A stretch of DNA of 21,540 nucleotides from Candidatus Hermodarchaeota archaeon (GCA_048885535.1 JBHLLO010000052.1:1-21540); one strand, 5' to 3'; shown: positions 1 to 9,432, counted from the first letter of the stretch. Notes: a model not told the origin generated them from the sequence alone. A program made the numbers and translations.

Positions 1-862
1 TATCAGATTTTACAATATCATTAAATATACTTTCATTAAGAATTGGAATAGGAATTGCTATACTACAAATTGGTTCTAAACCATATGATGTCTTAAAAGC
101 CCCCATATATTCAGGTTGCATCCCAGAAAATGGCGCAATGGTCATCATATTTGGCTTTTGAATATAATTTCGAGTTCCCGGACCTATCAGATACCCAATA
201 CTTCCATTCACTAGAAGTGGGGTTCCAACTCCAAAAGTCTTGAAGTTCGGATCATTTTGAAATGGATTTAATGCCCCACATCCGCAAAATGTAATTTGTG
301 TTTTATTTGGTTCAAATGGAAGCGATGAAAATATTGTATTGACTTTATAAGTTTCACAATTTATCATTGCATTATAATTTTTAATTGCTTGACGAGTCCC
401 CATTAATTTTGCAAATTGCATATCTTCAAGTCTTATCATTTTTTGAATTATTTCACCTTCACTACTCTTCCCAATAATCTCTATCTCCTTACCTTCGACT
501 AATTCTCTAAAAAGAGAACCTCCACAGTAATCATTTTTTGTATCACTTTGGGTTGTTCCATAAATTATTAGATCTACAATCCCAAGATATTCATTTGGGC
601 ATGGCCCAGGAAATGCTGGAATATTATTTAGAGTTATTTCTGTGAATTTTCTCAAAGTCTTTGGTGGAGAAAGTCTAAAAGAAAAGATTCCCATTATTCC
701 ACTCATAAGTCCTTTTGTTGCGGTGGTAATAATGTCTACATCTTCGAAGCTTACTTTTTCACCACTCTTCAAGTGATCCAGCAGATCTTGAACGTTCATT
801 ACCACTGCAGTTCCCTTTTCAATCTTTTTCTTAATTTCTGAAAGTGTCCGCTTTCTAGGCAT
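1..862 (-). CDS. DUF39-family metalloprotein, methanogenesis marker 16 type (homologous to MA1821-like homocysteine biosynthesis sulfurtransferase); 3' end runs off the window
   Basis: Not in the ORF track; translated by hand from ATG at 862, open to the window edge: MPRKRTLSEIKKKIEKGTAVVM...DVDIITTATKGLMSG...NIPAFPGPCPNEYLGIVDLIIYGT...GGSLFRELVEGKEI...GTRQAIKNY...FCGCGALNPFQNDP...GTR...KPN...MGAFKTS...SIAIPIPILNE. GPCPNExLG and GCGxLNPxQNDP are typical of the marker-16 branch. Confidence 0.85.
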   Translation of the reverse strand, partial: MPRKRTLSEIKKKIEKGTAVVMNVQDLLDHLKSGEKVSFEDVDIITTATKGLMSGIMGIFSFRLSPPKTLRKFTEITLNNIPAFPGPCPNEYLGIVDLIIYGTTQSDTKNDYCGGSLFRELVEGKEIEIIGKSSEGEIIQKMIRLEDMQFAKLMGTRQAIKNYNAMINCETYKVNTIFSSLPFEPNKTQITFCGCGALNPFQNDPNFKTFGVGTPLLVNGSIGYLIGPGTRNYIQKPNMMTIAPFSGMQPEYMGAFKTSYGLEPICSIAIPIPILNESIFNDIVKSD

Positions 863-909
863 TAAAAACCCTCAAAACTTTCAAATTTCTAACTGGGTAA
901 ATATTCATT

Positions 910-932
910 TATAATAAAATCTTTTTATTATA
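910..932. promoter_or_regulatory. Symmetric AT-rich element, probable back-to-back TATA region of the divergent DUF39/rnp3 promoters
   Basis: TATAATAAAA-TCT-TTTTATTATA, 10-bp perfect inverted arms, near the middle of the 127-bp divergent intergenic region. Confidence 0.35.
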
Positions 933-989
933 ATAATACTTAAATTCTTAAATAGAGGATTAGCTGTCCTTAAAGAGGTTTTTTATTTA

Positions 990-1718
990 TTGTCATACTT
1001 CGAATCTAGATTAAAAGTAAATTTTGACAATTTCAAGGAAGTTGAAAGAAAAGTAGAATTTTGTAATATCTTAGGAATAAAAAATTTAATCCTTGAACCT
1101 TTAAATGATTTGAGAAAAATTAAATCTGATATTTTACAAAAAGTTAACAATACCATAAAAATTAATATTTTCTATCGCTATAATTTAAGGATAAAAGATT
1201 CTAAAGAGTTTAAAAAAAGAATAAAAGATTTTAATAATTTTCCTTATATTTTGTCAATTGAAAGTGAAAATAAAGAAGTTCAAATTCAAGCTGCAAAAGA
1301 CTCGAGAGTTGATGTTTTATCGTTTTCTGAGCAACATCTTATAAAAACTATCACGCCAGGTGTTATTTCCTTAGTTAAACAGAATAATTCATTCATAGAG
1401 TTTTCATTAGCTCCAATAATGACGGAGTCAAAGGGACAGCAATCAAAAATTTTCAGGAATCTATATCGATTTACAAAATTAATATTAAACTTAAGACCAA
1501 ATTATATTATTAGCGGCAATTTTAGTGATTTATACCATCTAAGGAACCCAAGGAATCTTCTTAGTATTTGCCACACATTATTGAATATGCCTTTGAGCGA
1601 AGCGAAAAAAGGATTTAGCAATAATGTTCGATTATTATTAGATCGTGTTAATCGACGTATTGATAGGGATGTAATTATGGAAGGAGTCAGAATGATTAAA
1701 GGAGGGGAACTAAGATAG
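990..1718 (+). CDS. rnp3: Ribonuclease P protein subunit Rpp30 (PHP-like barrel)
   Basis: 242 aa with AAKDSRVDVLS, IEFSLAPI, YIISGN...LRNPRNL motifs typical of archaeal Rpp30; directly upstream of Pop5 as in the conserved archaeal order; TTG start with GAGGT upstream. Confidence 0.88.
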   Translation: MSYFESRLKVNFDNFKEVERKVEFCNILGIKNLILEPLNDLRKIKSDILQKVNNTIKINIFYRYNLRIKDSKEFKKRIKDFNNFPYILSIESENKEVQIQAAKDSRVDVLSFSEQHLIKTITPGVISLVKQNNSFIEFSLAPIMTESKGQQSKIFRNLYRFTKLILNLRPNYIISGNFSDLYHLRNPRNLLSICHTLLNMPLSEAKKGFSNNVRLLLDRVNRRIDRDVIMEGVRMIKGGELR

Positions 1719-2065
1719 TGAAAAAGGACAGGCAGAGATATATTTTATTTCTGATTATTAAAGAATATGAGAATAAAATTGATCAAAAAGCTATACTAAA
1801 AGCGTTTTGGTATTCAATTTGGAGGTATTTTGGGTTGAAGGAAGCTAATAAAATTGGATTATGGTTAATAGAGCTTGATCTTGAGAATCATTATGGAATA
1901 ATTAGGTGCTCTCATCAAACAAAAGAATTTATAATCTCTGCTTTGACACTAATAACAGAAATCGATAGTAAAAAGATAATTTTTTCTCCCATTAAAACTT
2001 CTGGAACTATTAAAAAGCTAAAAAAGATAAAACAAAGAAGAATTAAAGTATATACTAATAAATAA
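1718..2065 (+). CDS. rnp2: Ribonuclease P protein subunit Pop5/Rpp14
   Basis: RQRYILF, FG, GIIRCSH and TSGTIKK motifs; GTG start overlaps the rnp3 stop by 1 nt, with GGAGGGG upstream. Confidence 0.92.
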   Translation: MKKDRQRYILFLIIKEYENKIDQKAILKAFWYSIWRYFGLKEANKIGLWLIELDLENHYGIIRCSHQTKEFIISALTLITEIDSKKIIFSPIKTSGTIKKLKKIKQRRIKVYTNK

Positions 2066-2521
2066 TTGTATAGAATGATGATGGTTAAGAAAAAGGATTC
2101 ATTAACTAACGCAATTATTAAAAAAAATACTGATTCCACTGAATTAAATCTTAATCAGCTGCTATCAGAGGTTAAAGATTCTCGTTCTAGCCCATATCTT
2201 TTAATAATTCAATCAAATACAGAGAATTATGTAAAATTAACTGTATATCCCATTAAACATGATAAAATTATTAAGTTAACTTTAAAAGGTGTCAACATTT
2301 TATATAGAGATATCGAAATCTTGTCTAAACGCCTCCAGGAATTCAATATTATTCACACAACGGGATTAGTTTCACAAAGTAAAAATGTAATTTATGAGTG
2401 CTATCTTGATTTACGAAAAATAGATGATGTTCAATATTATAATTTGGAAAAATCTTTAGATAAAATTAAAAATGTATTCAAAGATATAAAAATTGAAGAA
2501 ATAAGTCTAAATAAAGGTTGA
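2066..2521 (+). CDS. Hypothetical protein with possible C-terminal ACT-like domain (true start may be ATG at 2075-2081)
   Basis: 151-aa ORF abutting the rnp2 stop; C-terminal IIKLTL...ILSKRLQEFNIIHTTGL...IYECYLDL...LDKIKNVFKDIKIEEI fits a beta-alpha-beta-beta-alpha-beta pattern (inference). Confidence 0.55.
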   Translation: MYRMMMVKKKDSLTNAIIKKNTDSTELNLNQLLSEVKDSRSSPYLLIIQSNTENYVKLTVYPIKHDKIIKLTLKGVNILYRDIEILSKRLQEFNIIHTTGLVSQSKNVIYECYLDLRKIDDVQYYNLEKSLDKIKNVFKDIKIEEISLNKG

Positions 2522-2530
2522 AATATAAAA

Positions 2531-2980
2531 ATGGACACCTGGAATGTTTCGTTAAAATTTGCTGATGATTCAACTAACACATTAGAATTGTATGATGTTA
2601 AGCCCATATTCAATGGATATTTGAAAATTAAAAGGAGCTATTTTGATCGCCTTCTAAAAGCTATAAAAATGACTAAAAAATATTTTACGGGGAATGCCAT
2701 AGAAAAAGTTTCTGGTCCAGATAATGAAGATTGGACACTTAATCCCTGGATACTCGTTTTAATACAAGATAATGAAAAAAAGAAACCATTTTGGTTATTT
2801 ATGAAAAGAGAACGCGATCTTTCAGGAGAACTAGTAGCAATTGGTCCTAAAGCTTTTGCTGATTATAATAGTATTAATAGTGATGAGGCTCGGCGTGAGC
2901 TTAAACGATTAATGACTTATATTGTTGTATATATTAATAAATTCGAGTGTAGCGTGCTTTTACCTAATTATTTGTCATGA
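2531..2980 (+). CDS. Hypothetical protein, soluble
   Basis: 149-aa ATG ORF 9 nt after the previous stop, globular-protein-like composition; family not recognised. Confidence 0.75.
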   Translation: MDTWNVSLKFADDSTNTLELYDVKPIFNGYLKIKRSYFDRLLKAIKMTKKYFTGNAIEKVSGPDNEDWTLNPWILVLIQDNEKKKPFWLFMKRERDLSGELVAIGPKAFADYNSINSDEARRELKRLMTYIVVYINKFECSVLLPNYLS

Positions 2981-3031
2981 TTGACATCATTCCATGGAAA
3001 ATCTTTTTTCCTTTGCGGAATACCTACTTTC

Positions 3032-3045
3032 ATTTCTTTTTTTTT
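3032..3045 (+). terminator. Oligo-T tract, probable archaeal terminator of the rnp3 operon
   Basis: ATTTC followed by T9 (3037-3045) between convergent genes. Confidence 0.4.
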
Positions 3046-3061
3046 GAACCTTTATAAGTCT

Positions 3062-6000
3062 TTATAATGGAGGATAAATTTTGTCGAATTTCTCATTAAA
3101 TAGTTTATGGTTCATCCAAATCTTATCCTTATCATTCCAAATTAGATTAGTGAGTGGATTATAGGTCTTTAGAAAATCTAAGTTCCCGAATATCATTTTA
3201 AGAAATTGTTTTCCATCAACCATATCATTCAATATTATATAGTGTTTAATATCTAGGTAATGAAATATTAAATCAAAAAGTTTCTCAAATTCATCTAATT
3301 GACATTCTGGTAATTTCAATTTAATCATAATTCCATTTTCAAATTTAACTTCTTCTTCAAATCCATAAATAAAATATTCCCCCTCAATTTCATAGATAAA
3401 ACCTACATTAAAGAAACTAAATATTTTCAAAATCACTTCATTGAATTCCTTTTTTACATTAGGCAAGATAATAGAGACTTTTTCGTTTAAAGACAAATTT
3501 TTTAACGATAAATATGGATATATTAGATTTTGTTGAAGTAATTCCAGTATTTGGGTGATGATGTTAATTTTTTTTGTTCCTAAGTAAGATTTAAGATCGA
3601 TGGGGATGTAATTATATAGCTTGATTAAAGCTTTAAATTCTGGAGATTTGGGAGTTAAATAGTTTGTTGTGTTTAGTTCACCAACATTAATTTCTTTCGC
3701 CATAGGAATTTGTGTTCTATAATCAGGATCGAATAAAATTTTTTGAAAATGATTCCTAAAACGATTAGGATCTAAATCCCAACCATCTATATCAAGATTA
3801 AAATTAAATTGAACAATTTGAAAACTTTTTTTAATAAAGAATAAACAATATTCTCTAATTACTTTCTTAGATTTAGCCAACCAATTAAAAAAAGATGAAT
3901 TTGGATTACGATAAGGCCATAGAAATTTAATCAAAAATGAATTTGAATTATCAATATTTACTGGGTAGTTTATTTTTTGAAATGAATTATGCAACAAAAG
4001 TCTAAAATCTAGCTTTTTTAATTCAGTTGGAAAAAAGTAAAGATAATATTGACCAAATCCAAATGCTTGAAATGATGGAATAATTTTTATAGCCTTTACA
4101 TAATTTTTAAAGAAAGATTCTTTTCTAGTTTGCATAAATTTATCTATATCCATCAAATTTTCTTTTAGGGCACTGTTATAAATAAATAATTTATCTAAAT
4201 CATTTCTGTTTAAATCAACATGCTCTTTTAAGACACGCTTTTCTAAATTGGATATTAAGTCTGGAAATTGTGCCTGAGATAACCACAAGTCGTCTCTATG
4301 ATTACCTAGTTCTTCTTGTACAATTTTACATTTAATATCAAATGTAGCTTCTAAATAAAGATAAAACTGATCAAAAAGATCTTTAGTATAAAAAAAATCT
4401 TCTTTTTCTAAATCATAAAAATCTTTTCTTGAGAAAGCTTCATGAAATCCACTTTGATAATAAGATTTTAAGCAAATTATAGAATTCCGAAAGCAATTAA
4501 ATAAAATAGAATATAATAATCGCTTTTCAGATGACCTTAGACTTACCATTTGTATATTGAGATAAAGATATTTTTCCTCAGATTTGATATCTTGCAATTC
4601 GATAAAAACTGTCCTTGGAAATAGCCACATTAATTTTTTATAGGTATCTCTGGTCTTTAATGTATCTTTTAGGATTAAAATAGTATTGTATTTCGTAAAA
4701 TGACCCATAGCAAATGTATTTAGTAAACTCGGATGAATAATAGGAGGATCATTCGATAGAAATTCTTCGATCCGTTGTTCTATAACTTGATTTGTAATTT
4801 TATAGGATTTGTAATTTTCATATGAAGTTTTCAGTTTTTCCTCTTTAGTTTGATATATTTTTTGTATTAATGATTTATCTTTAATTATTGATTTGATTGA
4901 TTCTAAATTAAACAATTTAAGATCATAAAACAATTTAAATAGATTATAATAACTTGAATATTCCTTAGCTTTCTCAAAATAAAGCTTTTTATTCTTTAAA
5001 AATAAAGAGATAACCTCGGTAAAAGTTCTGAATTCGAGATTTTTTAAAATTAGATTCTCTTCAATCAGATTAGAAATGCCATGTTTCTTAATATATTCTT
5101 GGATTTGAAAAAAATTATATTCTAAATGACTTAATAACCGTTTATTGAGTAAATTAAAAAGGGATAAAAAAGCATAGAAAAATTGTTTGATATAAAAAAA
5201 TCCATTTGACTTATAGTTATCAATTAATTTAAATAAATTTTTAATTAGTTTTGGTGAAGTATGTGCTTCTTTAAGGCTCCCCTCAAGGTTTCTTATTAAA
5301 TTTCGTTGACTTAAAACCTCATTTAGAAGATCTAATTTTAAAGCCTTTAAACTCTCCGCTCTTCTTTCAAATCCAAAACCTGTGATTGAATAATACCTAA
5401 TTCTATCAATTATAAGCCAATCGAGAGGGGAAAGGGCAGATTTGAATCTTCCATGACCATAATTGAAACTGAAGAGGATTTGATATTCTTTTTTATAATC
5501 TTTCTTACTAGTATTAATCAGTAGGTTCTTATTTTCTAAAAGATTGCGAAAATAATTTAGATTTGTAGTATAATCCACTTTATTGATCAAGTATAGCTTT
5601 TTTTCAGTTACATATCCTTTTAACTCCAATTTCTCGAGAAAGTTAGTTATATCATTTTTGTATACATTTGGGAACAAAAAAAAGCCAATAATTTCTACAC
5701 TAAAATTATTTCTTGAATAATTAGGATATAGAAAAAAGGGTAATTGTGAAATGATCTTCTTTATTTTTCCAATTTCTAAGAGGGGATGAAATTTCAATAT
5801 ACATATACTATTCACTATATCTAATGCAGGCCAATTCACATAATAACTAGGAGCTAAGTAACTTACATTTTTAATCCATTTCATATTTTCTGTGAATTTT
5901 CGTAGACTCATTTTAGTATGAACTTTACCGTTTTCTTTGAACTCCTTAAAATGATGCTGATAATCTAATAAAGAGCGGTAACTACTCACTTCATAAAATA

Positions 6001-6658
6001 TTTCAGTAATAATACGTATGGTTTCTAAGATATCGTCATCGTATTCAGTATGTCTCTTAACATATTCCTCAAAAATTATATCATAAAATTTATCTTTAAC
6101 ATTTCCAATCAATTGAGCATTCTTTCTAATAAATATGAAGAAAAATTGGAAAGGATTAACTTGGGTGTCATGCACCTCGAGTTTTAAGAATTTTTCTAAT
6201 CTGTCGAACTCTGCATCTAGAAATTCATAATTAATTAATTTTTTTCTCTTCAATTCTTTCCAATCTAGAATAAAGTCAGAATTTTGAAGATCAATTTCGA
6301 CTTTCTGATTAATAAAAACGTTTATGGGTGCATTTTCCTGCAATTCTTTTGGTACGAAACATTTATAAGCTTCTCTAAGAAGGATCATACGAATAAATTG
6401 TTTATAGGATTTATAAAAAATTATTTCTATTGAGTTTTCCTTTTTAATTCGTTTCACTCCTATATTAAAAAATTCTTCTTTAGGATGAGTTTTAGTATCA
6501 TTATCTTGATCAGTTGTGATGACTATATCCGAATAAACATACTCCAAATTAAGATAAGATTTAATTTCTCCTAATAATTGTACAAAATTTTTATTCAAAT
6601 CTATTATAATATTTTCTATTGATGTATCAATCAGAAAATCTAAATTTAATGTTCTCAT
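3062..6658 (-). CDS. Large hypothetical protein (1198 aa) with apparent repeated Lrp/AsnC-like (wHTH + RAM) modules
   Basis: Uninterrupted ORF with no obvious TM segment; recurring segments APSYYVNWPALDI, IIPSFQAFGFGQYYLYF and LIYPYLSLKNLSL resemble the Lrp wing-to-RAM linker, each followed by alternating strand/helix patterns. The CDS is secure; the domain call is inference. Confidence 0.7.
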   Translation of the reverse strand: MRTLNLDFLIDTSIENIIIDLNKNFVQLLGEIKSYLNLEYVYSDIVITTDQDNDTKTHPKEEFFNIGVKRIKKENSIEIIFYKSYKQFIRMILLREAYKCFVPKELQENAPINVFINQKVEIDLQNSDFILDWKELKRKKLINYEFLDAEFDRLEKFLKLEVHDTQVNPFQFFFIFIRKNAQLIGNVKDKFYDIIFEEYVKRHTEYDDDILETIRIITEIFYEVSSYRSLLDYQHHFKEFKENGKVHTKMSLRKFTENMKWIKNVSYLAPSYYVNWPALDIVNSICILKFHPLLEIGKIKKIISQLPFFLYPNYSRNNFSVEIIGFFLFPNVYKNDITNFLEKLELKGYVTEKKLYLINKVDYTTNLNYFRNLLENKNLLINTSKKDYKKEYQILFSFNYGHGRFKSALSPLDWLIIDRIRYYSITGFGFERRAESLKALKLDLLNEVLSQRNLIRNLEGSLKEAHTSPKLIKNLFKLIDNYKSNGFFYIKQFFYAFLSLFNLLNKRLLSHLEYNFFQIQEYIKKHGISNLIEENLILKNLEFRTFTEVISLFLKNKKLYFEKAKEYSSYYNLFKLFYDLKLFNLESIKSIIKDKSLIQKIYQTKEEKLKTSYENYKSYKITNQVIEQRIEEFLSNDPPIIHPSLLNTFAMGHFTKYNTILILKDTLKTRDTYKKLMWLFPRTVFIELQDIKSEEKYLYLNIQMVSLRSSEKRLLYSILFNCFRNSIICLKSYYQSGFHEAFSRKDFYDLEKEDFFYTKDLFDQFYLYLEATFDIKCKIVQEELGNHRDDLWLSQAQFPDLISNLEKRVLKEHVDLNRNDLDKLFIYNSALKENLMDIDKFMQTRKESFFKNYVKAIKIIPSFQAFGFGQYYLYFFPTELKKLDFRLLLHNSFQKINYPVNIDNSNSFLIKFLWPYRNPNSSFFNWLAKSKKVIREYCLFFIKKSFQIVQFNFNLDIDGWDLDPNRFRNHFQKILFDPDYRTQIPMAKEINVGELNTTNYLTPKSPEFKALIKLYNYIPIDLKSYLGTKKINIITQILELLQQNLIYPYLSLKNLSLNEKVSIILPNVKKEFNEVILKIFSFFNVGFIYEIEGEYFIYGFEEEVKFENGIMIKLKLPECQLDEFEKLFDLIFHYLDIKHYIILNDMVDGKQFLKMIFGNLDFLKTYNPLTNLIWNDKDKIWMNHKLFNEKFDKIYPPL

Positions 6659-6666
6659 ATAAAGTG

Positions 6667-6683
6667 AAGATATCCGATATCTT
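6667..6683. promoter_or_regulatory. Perfect 17-bp palindrome, candidate operator
   Basis: AAGATATC-C-GATATCTT, 8 nt upstream of the ATG at 6658 and just downstream of a TATA-like TTTTAATAAA on the minus strand (~6689-6698). Confidence 0.5.
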
Positions 6684-7094
6684 TCAAATTTATTAAAATA
6701 TTTGATTGTTTTATTTAAATACTTTTTTAGTCAGTTTATTAAAGATTTGGATCTATACTTTATAGATATAAATTCCATTAAATCTGATTTAGCTTACGTT
6801 GAGTTTAAATAATTGATTTCAAAAAAGTATTTGACCGTTATATCTGGTTACAATAAGTTGTAGACAATTAAAGATTATCTTAATCACATTTTGAGGTTTT
6901 GATCATTCCTGGCAATGACGCCATTTGTCCAAGATATTAATTCCCTTATGAGGAATAATATTTTTACTCTTTTTTTTTGTCTAAATTTGTGTTGAGGATG
7001 TTTAATTGATTTATTGTTAACTTGAATCTAGGGGTGTTTAAAAAGGCGAATTAAAAATCACTTGTAAGATTTAGATTCTTAAGTTGCTTGAGAT

Positions 7095-8438
7095 ATGAAT
7101 TTATTACAATATAAACGTCAAAGGGAAGATAAAAGTATGAAAAGTCAGAGTTATCAACAGCAGATTTTTGCTAAACAACCAAACAATGATAAGAAAAGGG
7201 TAAAAATTAACTTAAGTTATATTGGTCTTTTCTCTTTTTATTTCTCCTTGAGTGTGTTGAGTGTAATTCTAATCGTATATTTACCAGTTTATTTATTGAA
7301 TCTTCTAGAAGTTAATCGGAGTGACTTAGCAAATATTCAGATTGGAGTGTTTTCAGTTATGTTTTTAGCTCCTGTTTTAGGGATACTTTTTGATAAATAT
7401 ATAAGGAGAAAAAGAATATTAATTGCTTTTTTTAGTTGTACTTTTATCTTTAGCTTCTTCATTTTAGTATTTTCTGGTTCTATCTTACCTATTTTTGGAT
7501 TATTCTTTGCATTCATTTTAGTAAGCCAAGAAGTTATAAAAGTTGGTGTAAGTAAGTGGGTTATAGATTTATCTCTTGATGAACAAATTAAAGATACTAA
7601 TTTAGCAGTTATAAATGTATCAGCAAATATTGGTTCTTTAATTCCATCAATTATATTCTTGATAACAATCCAAAATCTTTATGATATCACCCAGTGGTAT
7701 TTATTTTTCCTCATTGGAGTAATTAATACGTTTCCGATCATTCTATTGCCAATTTTATTGAAAGACAAGAGAATGCAGAGAGAGGAAAAGAGGAATGCCT
7801 TAACTGAAACTGAAAGTCCTAAATGTTCTCATAGAACAACGTATATCCACATAATCCTTTTATTTTTATCATATGCTCTTATATGGAGCGATAAACTTTT
7901 TCAATACCCTTTTAGTTCGTGGATAATTTTGAAATTTGGAGAAGGGGGTTTCAAATTTTATTCCCTATGTTATTTTTTCTTTGTTTTGTTGAATTCGCTT
8001 GGGTGGTTAATTGGGAAATGGATTTCTAAAAAGAAAAACGCGAAGATCACTAAAATATTGGGAATAAATCCCGATTATCTAACAATCAGAAATAAGAAGA
8101 AAGTCATAATTTCAACTGTGAGTATTTATATATTCTTGACATTTTTAATGGCATTTTCAGATTTTTATTTATTAATAGTTAGTTATGGGATTATCCAAAT
8201 CGTCGCAGGAGTAATGATTTTAAATTACATTTCATTGATGATGACAATTACAAGCAATTTCAAATACAAAACATTCGCATACCAAGTATTAACTTTAGCT
8301 TATGCTTTAAGTTGCGTAGTTTTCATTCCAACCGGAACGTATTATTCCTCATTCGTTTCTACGGAATTTTTAATTACAATTGTTGGGTTTTTATCGTTAT
8401 TAGCCCTCATTCCCTTGATTTTTATTAAGTCAAAGTAA
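7095..8438 (+). CDS. Major facilitator superfamily transporter (loosely AmpG-like)
   Basis: About 12 hydrophobic segments in two bundles; motif-A-like GILFDKYIRRKR after TM2; alternative start at ATG 7137. Confidence 0.8.
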   Translation: MNLLQYKRQREDKSMKSQSYQQQIFAKQPNNDKKRVKINLSYIGLFSFYFSLSVLSVILIVYLPVYLLNLLEVNRSDLANIQIGVFSVMFLAPVLGILFDKYIRRKRILIAFFSCTFIFSFFILVFSGSILPIFGLFFAFILVSQEVIKVGVSKWVIDLSLDEQIKDTNLAVINVSANIGSLIPSIIFLITIQNLYDITQWYLFFLIGVINTFPIILLPILLKDKRMQREEKRNALTETESPKCSHRTTYIHIILLFLSYALIWSDKLFQYPFSSWIILKFGEGGFKFYSLCYFFFVLLNSLGWLIGKWISKKKNAKITKILGINPDYLTIRNKKKVIISTVSIYIFLTFLMAFSDFYLLIVSYGIIQIVAGVMILNYISLMMTITSNFKYKTFAYQVLTLAYALSCVVFIPTGTYYSSFVSTEFLITIVGFLSLLALIPLIFIKSK

Positions 8439-8607
8439 ATATATACTTACTTTAATTATTTTTATATTTTTTTCAATAGCTAATCTTGTTTTGATATCTC
8501 TGGATTCTGGGAAAGTCTATACAAAACTTAAAATATCAAATTTAATTATCATTTTCATTAATTGATAAGCAAAACTGTAGAAATTATTAGCGAGTGGCTT
8601 TGGTACC

Positions 8608-9432
8608 GTGAAAAAGATTACTTTTAAGTTGATTACGCTTACATTCGTTACAAGTTTATTGGTAAGTGTTTTTTTTACTGTTATAAATGGTTTTGGAGCG
8701 GAAGTTACGATTAATCCTCTTTTTGGACGTGCCCCAGTTATAGATGGAGAAATTGATACATCTAATAATGAGTGGAATAAAGCAGTAAAAGAACGTATAC
8801 ACTTATTTTCAAATTTATCTGATCCAATTAATGGCTTACCTGTTGACATTTGGGTAATGCAAAATGGTTCAAATTTATATATATCTATTCAATTTAGTTT
8901 AGAATCTCACAATGAGCATGAATTCGTAGGTATTTTGATGGCTAGAAATGCTTCTGAACTAGCAGAGGATTTTAAAGATGCCAAAATTATACAATTTACA
9001 AATATTAGCAGTAGTGAATATGAATATAAAGATTTTTATATAAGGGATACAATTTATAGCGAGGATTCTCGTTCTGACGGAAATGGAGCCGCTAAGTTCG
9101 AAGGTGATGATGTAACATATGAGTTTATTATTCCAGTAGAAGAGAATGAAACAGATTTTGAAGATGTTTTTATTGAACATGGACGAATTTATGCTTTTAA
9201 GATTATTTTAGGAGATTCTCTTATATACCCTGCTTCTTATCCTGGCGATATCAAAATAACCAATGTTGTACTTATTGATATTTCATATTATATCCCAGGA
9301 GAATTAACTCCCCTCGAACTCTTATATTTAGTGTTATCTATAATAATTTTTGGTGCTATAGGTACGTTTTACGCTATCTATATATATCGAATAATAAAAT
9401 TAAAAGAAATAATCGAAAGAATAAGGACATAA
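8608..9432 (+). CDS. Membrane-anchored extracellular protein with DOMON/CBM9-like beta-sandwich
   Basis: N-terminal signal/TM (MKKITFK + hydrophobic run), APVIDGEID..NEW, NLYISIQF and YEFIIP motifs, acidic core, C-terminal TM with basic tail; GTG start. Confidence 0.65.
   Translation: MKKITFKLITLTFVTSLLVSVFFTVINGFGAEVTINPLFGRAPVIDGEIDTSNNEWNKAVKERIHLFSNLSDPINGLPVDIWVMQNGSNLYISIQFSLESHNEHEFVGILMARNASELAEDFKDAKIIQFTNISSSEYEYKDFYIRDTIYSEDSRSDGNGAAKFEGDDVTYEFIIPVEENETDFEDVFIEHGRIYAFKIILGDSLIYPASYPGDIKITNVVLIDISYYIPGELTPLELLYLVLSIIIFGAIGTFYAIYIYRIIKLKEIIERIRT

Noticed and set aside
1716-1721. rnp3 TAG immediately followed by in-frame TGA as evidence of amber leakiness
   Set aside because: Explained by the overlapping GTG-A start of rnp2, so it is not independent evidence.
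1915-2139. 74-aa minus-strand ORF
   Set aside because: Antisense shadow of rnp2 and the next gene; the hydrophobicity is an artefact of A-rich sense codons.
6911-6925. GGCAATGACGCC as part of a fluoride riboswitch or SECIS element
   Set aside because: Only a fragment resembles the consensus; pseudoknot partners are missing and there is no nearby fluoride exporter or in-frame-TGA selenoprotein.
8517-9180. 110-aa and 73-aa minus-strand ORFs
   Set aside because: Antisense to the DOMON-like gene; no motifs.
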